Below, piece by piece: positions 1 through 9,564 of a DNA stretch of 64,000 nt. Source of the stretch: Candidatus Latescibacterota bacterium (GTDB lineage Bacteria; Latescibacterota; UBA2968; UBA8231); NCBI GenBank assembly GCA_965203355.1, contig OZ241889.1:1504001-1568000 (forward strand), given 5' to 3'. The notes under the pieces were generated by a model, which worked only from the letters and a program-made list of their open reading frames with translations, had not been told where the DNA came from and made no database searches. A program made the translations under genes and the position numbers. Within the stretch, counting starts at the first letter, position 1. Each line of letters opens with the position of its first letter.

Positions 1-1133
1 GCCGCGCGCAATACCGGCAGAAATACGGGTGTGCCGAGGTTGTTGGTCTGTTTGTTGGAGGTTACTTCGACCTTGTAGTCGTTGGCCAGCACGAGGCCGA
101 TTTCAATGCGCTCGATCTCGCGGAAATCGTCAATGGCGTCTTCTGTGCTCGGGGCGAAGTCTTCGATGTTGTAGGTCAGCGTGATGACGTCCGTGCCGCT
201 GGCCACAATCGCGCCGCCGCGGCGAATGCCGCCCTCGACCACCGGAACGATGTCGCTGGTGTGCTCGACGCCATGGACGAAGATGCGCCAGCGCGACAGC
301 AGGGCACCGCCCTCGCCGTCTTCGGGCGAATCGTCGGAAATGCGCACGACGATGGAGCGCACAAAGTCTGCGTTCATTGGGCCGCTGAGCAGGCCGCTGA
401 GCGAATTGTCGCCAAACGGCAGGTTGGAGTTGCGATGCGCGGCATTGACAAAGGTCGCGCCGAGGGCGGCAAAATCCCCGACCTGCACCCGCCCTCTGGC
501 CGCCATCAGGGTGGTGAAGGTATTGGCATAGACGCCACCGCCGACTTCACTGGAGGCAATTTCTCCGGTGTTGCTGACCCGCGACGACAACATGGTCAGG
601 GCGTACTTGTCGGTCGTAAGGTCCCACTGAATGCCGTCGAAGCGCGGCTTGGAAAAGGTCAGGGGGGTCAAGGTTGTGCGGATGCCGTCGCCCACCATGA
701 GGGCCGAGTAGAACTGCCCGGAATGGCTCGACGATACGAGCAGGTTGTTGAACCACGAGCGAAAGCGCGGATTTTTGGTGATGATGCTACCGTTGTCCTC
801 TGGGTAGTCTTCGGTCCAGTCGTACACCAGCCAGCCTTGGGTGATGTAATCGCCGTACACGTCGTAAAACGGCGAGCCTTCTAAGAAAACCTCGGTGTAG
901 CGCTCGTAGTGGTTGCGGGCGTAGTTGGAGTATTGCTCTTGCCGCCAGTCGTACAGCGAGTACAGCCGCTGTGGCAGGTACCATTTGCGCACCGAGGGCA
1001 CGAGGGTCGCCGGAGAAACTTCAGTCCCCGTGGTGTAATAGGGGTTGTCGTATGCGGTGGCGCGTTGGGCGCTGGCTGCTGGCGGCGTCCAAGCGAATAG
1101 GCAGATTAATAGGGTGAAGATTCGCTGTCTCAC
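1..1133 (-). CDS. Large secreted/outer-membrane hypothetical protein, 5' part only (runs off the window edge)
   Basis: Not in the ORF track because it is open at the edge. GTG at 1133 with AGAGGGA RBS at 1141-1147. Reads MRQRIFTLLICLFAWTPPAASAQ (signal peptide)...TTLTPLTFSKPRFDGIQWD...RISDDSPEDGEGGA; no stop found in the stretch translated. Confidence 0.8.
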   Translation of the reverse strand, partial: MRQRIFTLLICLFAWTPPAASAQRATAYDNPYYTTGTEVSPATLVPSVRKWYLPQRLYSLYDWRQEQYSNYARNHYERYTEVFLEGSPFYDVYGDYITQGWLVYDWTEDYPEDNGSIITKNPRFRSWFNNLLVSSSHSGQFYSALMVGDGIRTTLTPLTFSKPRFDGIQWDLTTDKYALTMLSSRVSNTGEIASSEVGGGVYANTFTTLMAARGRVQVGDFAALGATFVNAAHRNSNLPFGDNSLSGLLSGPMNADFVRSIVVRISDDSPEDGEGGALLSRWRIFVHGVEHTSDIVPVVEGGIRRGGAIVASGTDVITLTYNIEDFAPSTEDAIDDFREIERIEIGLVLANDYKVEVTSNKQTNNLGTPVFLPVLRA

Positions 1134-1146
1134 GGTGTACTCCCTC

Positions 1147-3504
1147 TTAATAAACGACATGTACAAGCCGGTAAACGCGGTCGGCGCGGGCGTCTGCTTC
1201 TATGGCAATGCGCAGGACATAGACGCCGGGCGGCACGGTGTGGCCTGCACTCCGTCCGTCCCAGACGTAGCGGACGCGCCGCCCTGGCGCGCCTTGGCCA
1301 GTCAGCTCGACGACGGGTCGGCCATCTAAGGTAAATATTTGTACGCGCGGTACTTGCTCGGTCTTGACGACGGTGAACTTCAGTTCGCATAGGTCGTTAG
1401 TGCCATCGCCGTTGGGGGTTATCGAGCGGGTGTACGCAACATGGCGGATCAACGCGCCGCCCGCGACGGCCTCGGGCACGAAGACCAAGTCGGCACCGAA
1501 CTCGGCGGGCACGACGCCTTGAAGGTTGTCTGCGGCGGCCGAGTTGGCGACGAACGCGTTAAATACCGTGGGGCTGTGGGACAGGCGCGTGGAAAAGGCG
1601 ATGGCGACCGAATCGCGCCGGACCAACGGCGGCGGCAGTTCCACCCAGAGCGAATCTCCCCGCAGCAAGCCCGTGGCCGCGACCTCGGTGCCGCCCACGG
1701 ATGCGCTGATGAATGCGGCGTCGCGGCCCCCACCGGGCGGGAGCAGGATGAGCGCGCGATCGAACCCGGTGTCTCGGCTATTGAAGGCCACCGGCGCGAT
1801 GGTGTAGCGGAACATCTGCAAGGTGTCCATGACGGCTTCGCGGGGAAAGACGCGGCCGGTCAGCCCGGCGGTGATGACCGGCGCGTTGGCCACGAAAGTG
1901 AGCGCGCGCAGGGTGGGAAAAACCGCGGGATCGTCGCTGATGAGCCGCACCCGCGCCCGCAGCCACTGTCGCGGCGATGGCGAGAGGAACGCCTGCCCGG
2001 AGAAACGGTGGGGTTGGCTATACGCGCTCCAAGTGTCGTCGCGCACCTGTTCCTCGACGATGTCGCCGCGATTGCGTGATTTGGCCGACTCGTATGCTTG
2101 TTTGGTCACTTCTTTGCCATTGGACAGGAAGTAGCGCGTGATGGTCTGGAAGCCATTGCCGGTCTGAGTTTCTACTTCGATGCGCGTTCCGGGCGGCAGG
2201 TCGGCGTCCCATTCGACGAAGCGCATGCTGCGCGCGCCGCCGAGGAAAATGTCTGCGGACTCCAGCTCGATCTGCACGGGGTAGCCCTCGCTGTGGAAGA
2301 CGAAGAGTTGGACGGCGCGGTGGAACTGCTGCGGCCGCGTCACCCGCCACAACAGCAGCCGCAGTGCGCGTGGCTCGAACTGAAAGTCGAACAAGTAGCG
2401 GCCGGTGTTGTCAACGGACGACAGCAAGTCGTAGTGGAAAGGGCCTTCGACCACTGGATCGGCGCTGTTGCTGGGCGTGCCGTCGGAGGCGAAGAAATCA
2501 AAACTGGGCCAACTGCCCTGCTTGTCGCGCTGAAAGCCGTAGAGGAACGGGCCGCGGCCAGAGACGATCGGCAGCCAAATGACGCGATCGACGCGAAATA
2601 CGTTGCCAAAATCGACGACGGACCAGACGCCCGAATCGCGCCAGTTGCCCTTGTCTGAGGCTTCGATGTCCCACCCGCGAAATCCCACGTTTTGGTCGAT
2701 GAGGGCCTCGGCCCCGCTGCCCTTGCCGCAGCCCGGGCAGTCGCGGTGCTTAGAGGTCCACGTCCGTCCGCCCCAGTGCTCGGGGCGGTCCTCGGTCTGC
2801 ACCATGGAGGCGAGATTGAAGCCAATGCCGTCCACTTCTATTTCGGCGAGCGCGGCTTCGGGCGTGGTGCCGGCTGCTTCAAAGCGCACGAAGCGGACGA
2901 TGTCGAAATCGACGAGCTCGTCGGCGCTCAGGTGCTCGCCCGTGGCCGCGGCGAGGCCGGTTGTCTTGAGGTCGAACTCGACCAGGGCCGCGGTGTTGTT
3001 GTTGATCGGCCGCCCCAGTCGGCGATAGACAATGCGCTTGGCCCGGCCGCCAAAGACCGGAATGCCCGGGCTGACGTACACCGAGAAAAAGTTAAAGGGC
3101 TTGGCCCCGTCGCGGTCGGGAAAGCGGACGCGCACCTTGTCGGCCACCACAGAGCGCCCCAGGTCCAGTTCCAACCACCACGACTGCACCGGGGTGTCCG
3201 GGTCGGGTTTCCACCAAGTGTTTGGGTCTTGGTCGCCGACTAGGGCGGCCTGCTGCTGGTTGGACGGTGTGCGCGCAAAGCGCTGGCCGTATTCGCCGAT
3301 GGACTGGGCGGAAAACTCGCGGGCGTTGGCCACCGCGTTGAACCGCTGACCAAAGCGCTTTACTTCAATGCCCTGCGGCAAGACCTTGACCAGCCCCGGC
3401 GGATGGGCCCAAGAAGCAAAATCGGACCCGGCAAAGTGCAGGTTCTGGCCGCTCGCCGCGGCCGCGAGCAGGAGGGAAGCAATCGCTAGTGGTGGCGTTC
3501 TCAT
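1147..3504 (-). CDS. Secreted protein with discoidin/galactose-binding-like segments and a C-terminal FlgD Ig-like (T9SS-CTD-like) domain
   Basis: Start moved to MRTPPLAIASLLLAAAASG (signal peptide). WLELDLG motif; C-terminus ITPNGDGTND...WDGRSAGHTVPPGVYVLRI...VHVVY. Confidence 0.8.
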   Translation of the reverse strand: MRTPPLAIASLLLAAAASGQNLHFAGSDFASWAHPPGLVKVLPQGIEVKRFGQRFNAVANAREFSAQSIGEYGQRFARTPSNQQQAALVGDQDPNTWWKPDPDTPVQSWWLELDLGRSVVADKVRVRFPDRDGAKPFNFFSVYVSPGIPVFGGRAKRIVYRRLGRPINNNTAALVEFDLKTTGLAAATGEHLSADELVDFDIVRFVRFEAAGTTPEAALAEIEVDGIGFNLASMVQTEDRPEHWGGRTWTSKHRDCPGCGKGSGAEALIDQNVGFRGWDIEASDKGNWRDSGVWSVVDFGNVFRVDRVIWLPIVSGRGPFLYGFQRDKQGSWPSFDFFASDGTPSNSADPVVEGPFHYDLLSSVDNTGRYLFDFQFEPRALRLLLWRVTRPQQFHRAVQLFVFHSEGYPVQIELESADIFLGGARSMRFVEWDADLPPGTRIEVETQTGNGFQTITRYFLSNGKEVTKQAYESAKSRNRGDIVEEQVRDDTWSAYSQPHRFSGQAFLSPSPRQWLRARVRLISDDPAVFPTLRALTFVANAPVITAGLTGRVFPREAVMDTLQMFRYTIAPVAFNSRDTGFDRALILLPPGGGRDAAFISASVGGTEVAATGLLRGDSLWVELPPPLVRRDSVAIAFSTRLSHSPTVFNAFVANSAAADNLQGVVPAEFGADLVFVPEAVAGGALIRHVAYTRSITPNGDGTNDLCELKFTVVKTEQVPRVQIFTLDGRPVVELTGQGAPGRRVRYVWDGRSAGHTVPPGVYVLRIAIEADARADRVYRLVHVVY

Positions 3505-3514
3505 GGCACCCCCA

Positions 3515-5548
3515 TTAGTACGCGACCCCGACCGCTGCCACGCGGGCGAACGTGCCGCGGTCAACCTCGACTGCGACGCGGATTAGGTATAGCCCTGGGG
3601 GCACGAGTTGCCCCCGCTCGTCTCGCGCATCCCACGGCATCGCGTACGGCCCGGCCGCGGCCTGCGCGTCTAAGATCGCGGCGCAACGACGGCCACTTAG
3701 GTCTCGCACCTCCACGCGCAACGCCCCCCCAGCGACGCCGAATAAATCGAATCCTATGGCGACCTGTTCGTTGACCCCATCGCCGTTGGGCGTAACCACG
3801 GGCGCAGATAGCCCAACCGCCCCGAGCATGCCGAGGGTTTCATCGCTGGAGACGACTTGGATGCTGTTGCTGGGCACGTCGGCGTGGGCGTCTCCCGCTT
3901 CAATGGACTGCGGCAAGCTAGCGGCCGAGGTGTTAAAAAGGCGGCTGGCCAAAAAGACCGATGGCTGGAATACCGCGCCGTGGAAGCGCACGCGAAACGC
4001 CTTGTCTTCTTGGAACGCCGTGGGAAAGGTGAAGCGCAACGTATCATCGCTGGCGGCGAGGGAAAAATCCTCGCCCTCGGTCGCTGGCTGATCGTCGATG
4101 GTCAGGTCGATGAAGCGGGAGGCCGGCAGAGCCTCCAACTCGATGCCGTCGAATCCCACGCGATTGCCGGCCTCCGTGCGAATGTGATAGGCAAAACGCT
4201 GGACGGCCCCGAGCGGCACCTCGACAGCCCCGTCCGCGCCGGTCTGCGCGTCGAGGGCGATTTCCGCCAGTGCGCGGTCGGCCAACAGCGGCGAGACCTC
4301 AAAAGCCAAGCTGTCGAGTACGCCAAAGGCCAGCGGGTCTTCGGTCGTGATGGCAAAGCGAAACTGGAGAAACTCGGCTCCGTCTGAAGAGCGGATTTCG
4401 TCGCCCGACGCTTGGTAATTGACGGACCAGCTATTCCAGTTTTCGATGTCGTCGTCGCGCTTGGCGCGGAAGCCGGCGATTCCCTCGGAAAACCGCTCTA
4501 CTATGCGCGGTGAGTCAAAATAGGCGTCCTCGTCTACTTCCAGCAGACGGCCGAGGTCGTCGAAGATGAAGTACGCCTTGGGATTGTCGTCTAAACCGGC
4601 GCGGGTCTGCAAGTTTAGCTGCACTGGTGCGGTGGGGTCGGCGGTGATTGCGCCGGAAGGCAACAGGCGATAGCGAGTGAATTGCCACGTGACTCGCCCC
4701 AAGCTCACGGCTTGGCCAAAAGAATGGGGCGCGGAGACGTAGCGGGCCTCTTGGGGATAGCCCCGACCAAAGACTTCGATTTCGGCCAGCAAGGTGGTGG
4801 TGGATACCTCGCCGAATTTGAAGCGGAGGAAGCGGGTAAAGCGCAGGTCGGTTGCGAGGGAAACAACGCTGGTGTTGTTGGCAAAGGTGCTAGCGATGAT
4901 TTCGTCGAGGGGGTGGTACCCTGACGATCCGGTTGACGTGGCTTCGTCCTCAAAGATCAGCCATTCGACCGGCACGTTGGTCCGGCTGACTTCGTAGGCG
5001 CGGGCGAATAGCTCGCGCTGCCGCTGATGGTCGCTGGTCAGCCCGGTCTGCGGCGGAAAGAACACGATGCTGTCAACGGGTACGGGCACGCCCAAGTCGA
5101 GCGTGATGAACTGTGTGCTGTTGGGGCGGCCATCGGCCCGCGCCTTGTGGGTAAAGCTCGCGGTTAGCTCGTCGCCATCGACCAGTCCGCGCATGACCTC
5201 CGGGGCGAGGGCGTTGGCACCGCCGCCCTGCCACAGGCGCGGGTGCCATCCCACCTCTAAGGTGTCGGCCTCGATCTGGCGCGGCCCTTTGTGCAAGCTC
5301 CAGCGATAGCCAAAGAGGTTGCGCTGAGTCGTGGCAATGCCCGTGCGCACGAGTTGGCGAGTAACGGTGTGGCCTAGGGGAATCGCCCGCGGCTGAATCG
5401 CTCCGGCGCGCACAGAGTCGTCGAGGGCGATCCAGCGCTCCACGGCCGCTGCCCACGGCGCGCCGCTCGCACCCCCGACGACCCAAGCCGAGGGCGTCTG
5501 CGCGGCCACCGGACTGCTGCTGACGAGCAGCAGCACCAGCCACCGCAT
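3515..5548 (-). CDS. Secreted FlgD Ig-like CTD protein (paralog 2)
   Basis: Start moved to MRWLVLLLVSSSPVAAQ. ITLDLG motif; C-terminus VTPNGDGVNE...WDARDERGQLVPPGLY...VGVAY. Confidence 0.8.
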   Translation of the reverse strand: MRWLVLLLVSSSPVAAQTPSAWVVGGASGAPWAAAVERWIALDDSVRAGAIQPRAIPLGHTVTRQLVRTGIATTQRNLFGYRWSLHKGPRQIEADTLEVGWHPRLWQGGGANALAPEVMRGLVDGDELTASFTHKARADGRPNSTQFITLDLGVPVPVDSIVFFPPQTGLTSDHQRQRELFARAYEVSRTNVPVEWLIFEDEATSTGSSGYHPLDEIIASTFANNTSVVSLATDLRFTRFLRFKFGEVSTTTLLAEIEVFGRGYPQEARYVSAPHSFGQAVSLGRVTWQFTRYRLLPSGAITADPTAPVQLNLQTRAGLDDNPKAYFIFDDLGRLLEVDEDAYFDSPRIVERFSEGIAGFRAKRDDDIENWNSWSVNYQASGDEIRSSDGAEFLQFRFAITTEDPLAFGVLDSLAFEVSPLLADRALAEIALDAQTGADGAVEVPLGAVQRFAYHIRTEAGNRVGFDGIELEALPASRFIDLTIDDQPATEGEDFSLAASDDTLRFTFPTAFQEDKAFRVRFHGAVFQPSVFLASRLFNTSAASLPQSIEAGDAHADVPSNSIQVVSSDETLGMLGAVGLSAPVVTPNGDGVNEQVAIGFDLFGVAGGALRVEVRDLSGRRCAAILDAQAAAGPYAMPWDARDERGQLVPPGLYLIRVAVEVDRGTFARVAAVGVAY

Positions 5549-5562
5549 GTTGCTTAGAGCGG

Positions 5563-7551
5563 TCAATAGGCCACCCCTATCGGCTCTACGGCGGCAAACG
5601 CGGCGAAATCGGCCTCCACGCGGCCGCGGCAGAGGTACAGGCCTGGCGGAACTAGCGCGCCGCGATCGTCGCGACCGTCCCAAGTTTCGGAGTAAAAACC
5701 AGCGGGCCGCGGCTGGGAAGCTAGCTGGCGCACCCGGCGTCCGCTGAGATTGAAAATCTCGACCGCCACGGCTGTATCCGCGGCGAACTGGGACAACACG
5801 AGGTCAATGGCGACGGCATCGTTGCGGCCATCCCCGTTGGGCGAGATGATGGCCGTTGAAAGCGCTAGTTGTAACTCGGGCTGTGCCTGCGTTACAAAGG
5901 CGTTGGTCGCGTTTGTGCCCACTAATGCGCTGGCATTGCCCGGGGCGATGGGATGCGGCGGAACGCTCCCCGCGCCGAGGAGATAGGCGTTGATTGGGGT
6001 GTTGTGTACCAGCAGCCGCAGGCGGAAGGTGATCCGCAAGGGCTGGTTGTTGTCGGCGGCGACCGGGGCAAAGAAAAGGTCAAAACCGCGTTCGGTTGCC
6101 GCCCATTCAAAGTCTTCCACCGCTGTGAGGGGATCGCCCATTTGCAGGCGCTCGAATACCGGCGGTGGAAATGCCTCAACGCGGACGCCGCGATATCCGG
6201 GCACCTCGGCGGCGAACTCGGTGCGGATGTCGTAGGTAAAAGTCGTGTCAATGCCCCCGGCGACTTCGAGCAGGCCGCTGGCGGGAAAGGGATCGGTGGC
6301 AAGAGCGACCTCGCCGATGGCCTCGCTGACTAGCCCGGGCGAAAACTCCACCTGAAAGGTGTCGATGCGCACGGCGTTTTCAGCGTCGCCGTCGAAGAAG
6401 ATGCGGAACTGCGTGAATTCCCTTGGGCTGGGTAACGCTATGGGTGCTTCGATTGCGCCGGTGCTGGTGATGGGTGTGCTCGGCGACCACGCGCTCCAGT
6501 TATTCACGTCGTCGCGGATGTCGCCTTTGACGAAATCGCGCACCGGCCCTTGCTCCTCGATCGGCAGATCGAGGTATTCAGCCCGGTCCAGTTCCTCTAA
6601 CAGTTCGCCGGTGGCTGGGTCTTGGCGGAACAGGGCGCGGCGCGGTAGGTCTGTGTTGTATTCGGCGGCCGAGACCTCTTGCTGACGCCCGGTGTCGCGG
6701 TCGCGGCGAAAGTACGCCAGCGGGCTATCATCGGCTCCGGTCCGCATCTGGATGGCCGCAGTCGCGTCGCCGGTCGCGCCGAGTTTGGTCGCGTGTACGC
6801 GCAAGCGGCCGTAGTTGACCGGGCCGCCAAAGGAGTGTAGTGCCGATTCGTAGCTGGCGACCGGCACAAAGCCCTGTCCGTAGATTTCGAACTCGGCGAT
6901 GTTGAACGCTGTTTTCGACAGCACGAGTAGCTGGAGGAAGCGGCCCTGCAACGGGGCAAATTCGATATCGACGGTGGATTCGCGGTTGACTTCTACCCGC
7001 CGCAAAAGCTCGTATTCCGGTCGGTTGATGTCGTTGAAGTTTTCGCCGTCGTTGACCCGCAGCTCAAAGGCTTTGACAAAGGCGTCGTCGTTGGGAGCGG
7101 GAAAGAAGCGGATGCGGTTGACCGGGAAGGGCGCGCCCAAATCCCAAAAGAACGTCGCGCCAGCTTGGCTCTGGGCGGTCTTGAATACGCCCGACGAGGA
7201 AGTTGCGGGATCGCCGTCGATCAGGTCGAGGGGGCCGGAGAGCTGGTTGAAGAAGCCGTCGTTGGACCACGTTTGCGGCTGGCCGCCGAGGGTGAAGTCG
7301 CGGGGTTGGCCGTTGAGAAAGCGCTGGCCCGAAGCGCGGAGCAGCTCGATGAGGTTTTCGCCCGCTTGGAGCTTTAGGGGCTGTAGGCCGCCATCGACGT
7401 CTAGTGCGCCGATCTGCGTCTCGGCCTGCGAGACCCACGTCAGCCCCCCTTTGCCGATGTGCCACACCTCGACTTGTGCGTTGCTTGGTGTTAGCCCGCC
7501 AAGCAACGCTAGGACGATGCCGGCGAGGGATTTGGGCGCGTGAGCGGTCAT
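5563..7551 (-). CDS. Secreted FlgD Ig-like CTD protein (paralog 3)
   Basis: Signal peptide; FFWDLG motif; C-terminus ISPNGDGRND...WDGRDDRGALVPPGLY...IGVAY. Overlaps the upstream gene by 4 nt. Confidence 0.8.
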   Translation of the reverse strand: MTAHAPKSLAGIVLALLGGLTPSNAQVEVWHIGKGGLTWVSQAETQIGALDVDGGLQPLKLQAGENLIELLRASGQRFLNGQPRDFTLGGQPQTWSNDGFFNQLSGPLDLIDGDPATSSSGVFKTAQSQAGATFFWDLGAPFPVNRIRFFPAPNDDAFVKAFELRVNDGENFNDINRPEYELLRRVEVNRESTVDIEFAPLQGRFLQLLVLSKTAFNIAEFEIYGQGFVPVASYESALHSFGGPVNYGRLRVHATKLGATGDATAAIQMRTGADDSPLAYFRRDRDTGRQQEVSAAEYNTDLPRRALFRQDPATGELLEELDRAEYLDLPIEEQGPVRDFVKGDIRDDVNNWSAWSPSTPITSTGAIEAPIALPSPREFTQFRIFFDGDAENAVRIDTFQVEFSPGLVSEAIGEVALATDPFPASGLLEVAGGIDTTFTYDIRTEFAAEVPGYRGVRVEAFPPPVFERLQMGDPLTAVEDFEWAATERGFDLFFAPVAADNNQPLRITFRLRLLVHNTPINAYLLGAGSVPPHPIAPGNASALVGTNATNAFVTQAQPELQLALSTAIISPNGDGRNDAVAIDLVLSQFAADTAVAVEIFNLSGRRVRQLASQPRPAGFYSETWDGRDDRGALVPPGLYLCRGRVEADFAAFAAVEPIGVAY

Positions 7552-8264
7552 TCGTTGATCCGCACCGCGGCCGAGGGGTCGTACCCTTGCAGGGTGTCGC
7601 GCTGGAAAGAGAAGCTCAGGTCAATCGCCTCTATGGGGTCGTCGGCGTAGTTGAAGCGCAAGACGATGTTCTCGAGGTGTACTTGGATTGCTCGCACATC
7701 GTCGGCGAGGACGGGAAAGACCAAATATCCCTGTTCTTCGTTGCCGCTGAATACTGTGGCATCGCTGTACAGCGTCCGCTTGAGCGCGTCTGTGCGGGCT
7801 TGAAAGGTCTTGCGCCCTTGGCCGGTGCGGCCCAGCCAAAACGAGCGAAAATACTGGTATAGCTGGGCGTAGCTCAGCGCCGCGTATTCCCGAGTGTTGG
7901 CGGCGGTAATACGCGCATTGAGTGGGTCGATTTTGACTTTGGGAAATTGATAGTTGTTGACCTTGAGGCGAAAGACGGTAAAGCGCGGCGGCGTCCACTC
8001 GTCGCCCGGGGCCGTCCATTCGCCAAAGGTATAGGGATTGTTAGCTTGGTCTGGCCCGGGGGCGAGGCGGTTTAATTCCGCGTCTGTCATGGGCTTGAGC
8101 TCAATCGACAGGCGGTCGAGGGCGTAGGTGATGGAGCCGTCGTCGTTGACGGTCATGCCCTCAGCTTGGCGGCTGGCGGGCTGGAGCGGCGTGTGAAAGT
8201 AGCGGCCGCAAGCCCCGGCCAGCAGGAGCAGCAGCAAAGGCCAAGCCCATAGCCGTTTGTCCAC
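7548..8264 (-). CDS. Hypothetical lipoprotein
   Basis: 238 aa; lipobox LLLLAGAC at the N-terminus; translationally coupled to the next gene. Confidence 0.75.
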   Translation of the reverse strand: MDKRLWAWPLLLLLLAGACGRYFHTPLQPASRQAEGMTVNDDGSITYALDRLSIELKPMTDAELNRLAPGPDQANNPYTFGEWTAPGDEWTPPRFTVFRLKVNNYQFPKVKIDPLNARITAANTREYAALSYAQLYQYFRSFWLGRTGQGRKTFQARTDALKRTLYSDATVFSGNEEQGYLVFPVLADDVRAIQVHLENIVLRFNYADDPIEAIDLSFSFQRDTLQGYDPSAAVRINE

Positions 8265-8282
8265 GATGCAATCCCCCTTTAA

Positions 8283-8491
8283 GACAGTGGCCAGTGGTCA
8301 GTGTTCAGCCCCCGCAACCCCTCTATGGGGCGGGGCTGATCGGCGACTGGTCACTGACCACTGACCACTGGCCACTAAGTATTGCGACAGTGGCCAGTGA
8401 TTAGTGGTTAGCGGTCAGCCCCCGCAACACCCTCTATGGGGCGGGCTGACCAACCACTGACCACCGGCCACTGACCACTTAAGTACTGCGA
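8283..8491. repeat. Two tandem ~103-bp palindromic units with heptamer-repeat arms (CAGTGGT/C ... CACTGAC) around an inner hairpin
   Basis: Unit 1 ~8283-8387, unit 2 ~8386-8491. Both have the core TCAGCCCCCGCAAC..CCTCTATGGGGCGG(G)GCTGA and end TAAGTAYTGCGA. Confidence 0.85.
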
Positions 8492-8501
8492 TGCCTGTTG
8501 T

Positions 8502-9449
8502 CTAGAACGAGTTTTTGATCTTACCCCAAGTCGAGGACTCGACTGCCGTGGGGCTGTGGTACTCGCTCATGCGCAGCAGCTTGGCAATGGAGTAGTACTG
8601 CCGCGACGAGGCTTCGGGGCCGCGGGTGGTCCAGTCGTTGCGACCGCCCGGGGTGCCGTCTTCGCTGGGCGAGAAGCTAGAATCCGGGCCTTCGCCGTCT
8701 TCGTACCACATGGCGAAAGGCAGGCCCGCGCCGTCTTCACCGGCCACTGTGTCTAGCTGCCACACCTCGCTCGCCGACGGACCAGCGTCTTCTTGGAAGG
8801 CGAGGACCTTGATGCTCCACTCGTAGTACGTGGTGCCACCCTCAGTCCACAGGTCGGCGGCCCAGGCTTCGGGCGGATCGACGCGCACGGCCATTTCGAC
8901 CCACGGCGATTCCCCGTACTCGGCCCACGCCTCTTGCTCGGTGTAGCGGAAAGCGACGTTGGTCGGCGGGCTGAGGTCGCCCGGGGCCATCAGCCACTCC
9001 ATGGTGTAGCCCGAAGCCGGGCTGCGCTCGCGCCCGTGATCTTGTGGATCGAGGCCGACCTGTAGCATGTCGCCGTCCCAGCGGGCGACATCCGTGCCGG
9101 CGTGCGCCAACACGTCGTCAACCGCTTCCAAGAAGCAGTACCAACGGTTGTCGTCGCCGCCTTTCCAACCCATGAAGGTGGTGATGAACAGGTCGTCGCG
9201 GTCTGGAGCCGGTCGGTCGCCTTCGTCGCGCCACTCGTCCATGGTCAGGGTGTACTCCGGGTCAAACCAACCCCAGTCCTCGCCATGGGCGTCGATGGTG
9301 ATGGCGCCGGGATCGGGCACTTCGAGCATGTAAAACCAAAATCCCTGACTGCCGTTGCGGTCCTCTAAGGCCGGGGGATCGAAAAACTGGGCATTCGCCA
9401 CCCCGACGAGGGCGAGGCTGAAAATGCCTGCGATAGTGAATCGCCGCAT
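8502..9449 (-). CDS. Secreted acidic protein, CBM9/DOMON-like sugar-binding fold, with C-terminal TAVESSTWGKIK motif
   Basis: AAGGAG RBS; signal peptide MRRFTIAGIFSLALVGVANA; motifs ITIDAHGEDW, WDGDMLQVGLDP, YYEWSI; TWGxIK tail. Confidence 0.65.
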   Translation of the reverse strand: MRRFTIAGIFSLALVGVANAQFFDPPALEDRNGSQGFWFYMLEVPDPGAITIDAHGEDWGWFDPEYTLTMDEWRDEGDRPAPDRDDLFITTFMGWKGGDDNRWYCFLEAVDDVLAHAGTDVARWDGDMLQVGLDPQDHGRERSPASGYTMEWLMAPGDLSPPTNVAFRYTEQEAWAEYGESPWVEMAVRVDPPEAWAADLWTEGGTTYYEWSIKVLAFQEDAGPSASEVWQLDTVAGEDGAGLPFAMWYEDGEGPDSSFSPSEDGTPGGRNDWTTRGPEASSRQYYSIAKLLRMSEYHSPTAVESSTWGKIKNSF

Positions 9450-9564
9450 AGGTATAACTCCTTGCGTTTGAAGTGGACGCCTAGGGAGAAGCCCCCGGCG
9501 CGTTGGGCGATGTTCAATTATAAACAAACAAAGATGATAAAATCAACACGTCTGTCTCAGGGGG

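Noticed and set aside
8283-8491. CRISPR array
   Set aside because: Only two units, near-identical inner sequences, and no cas genes in the window.
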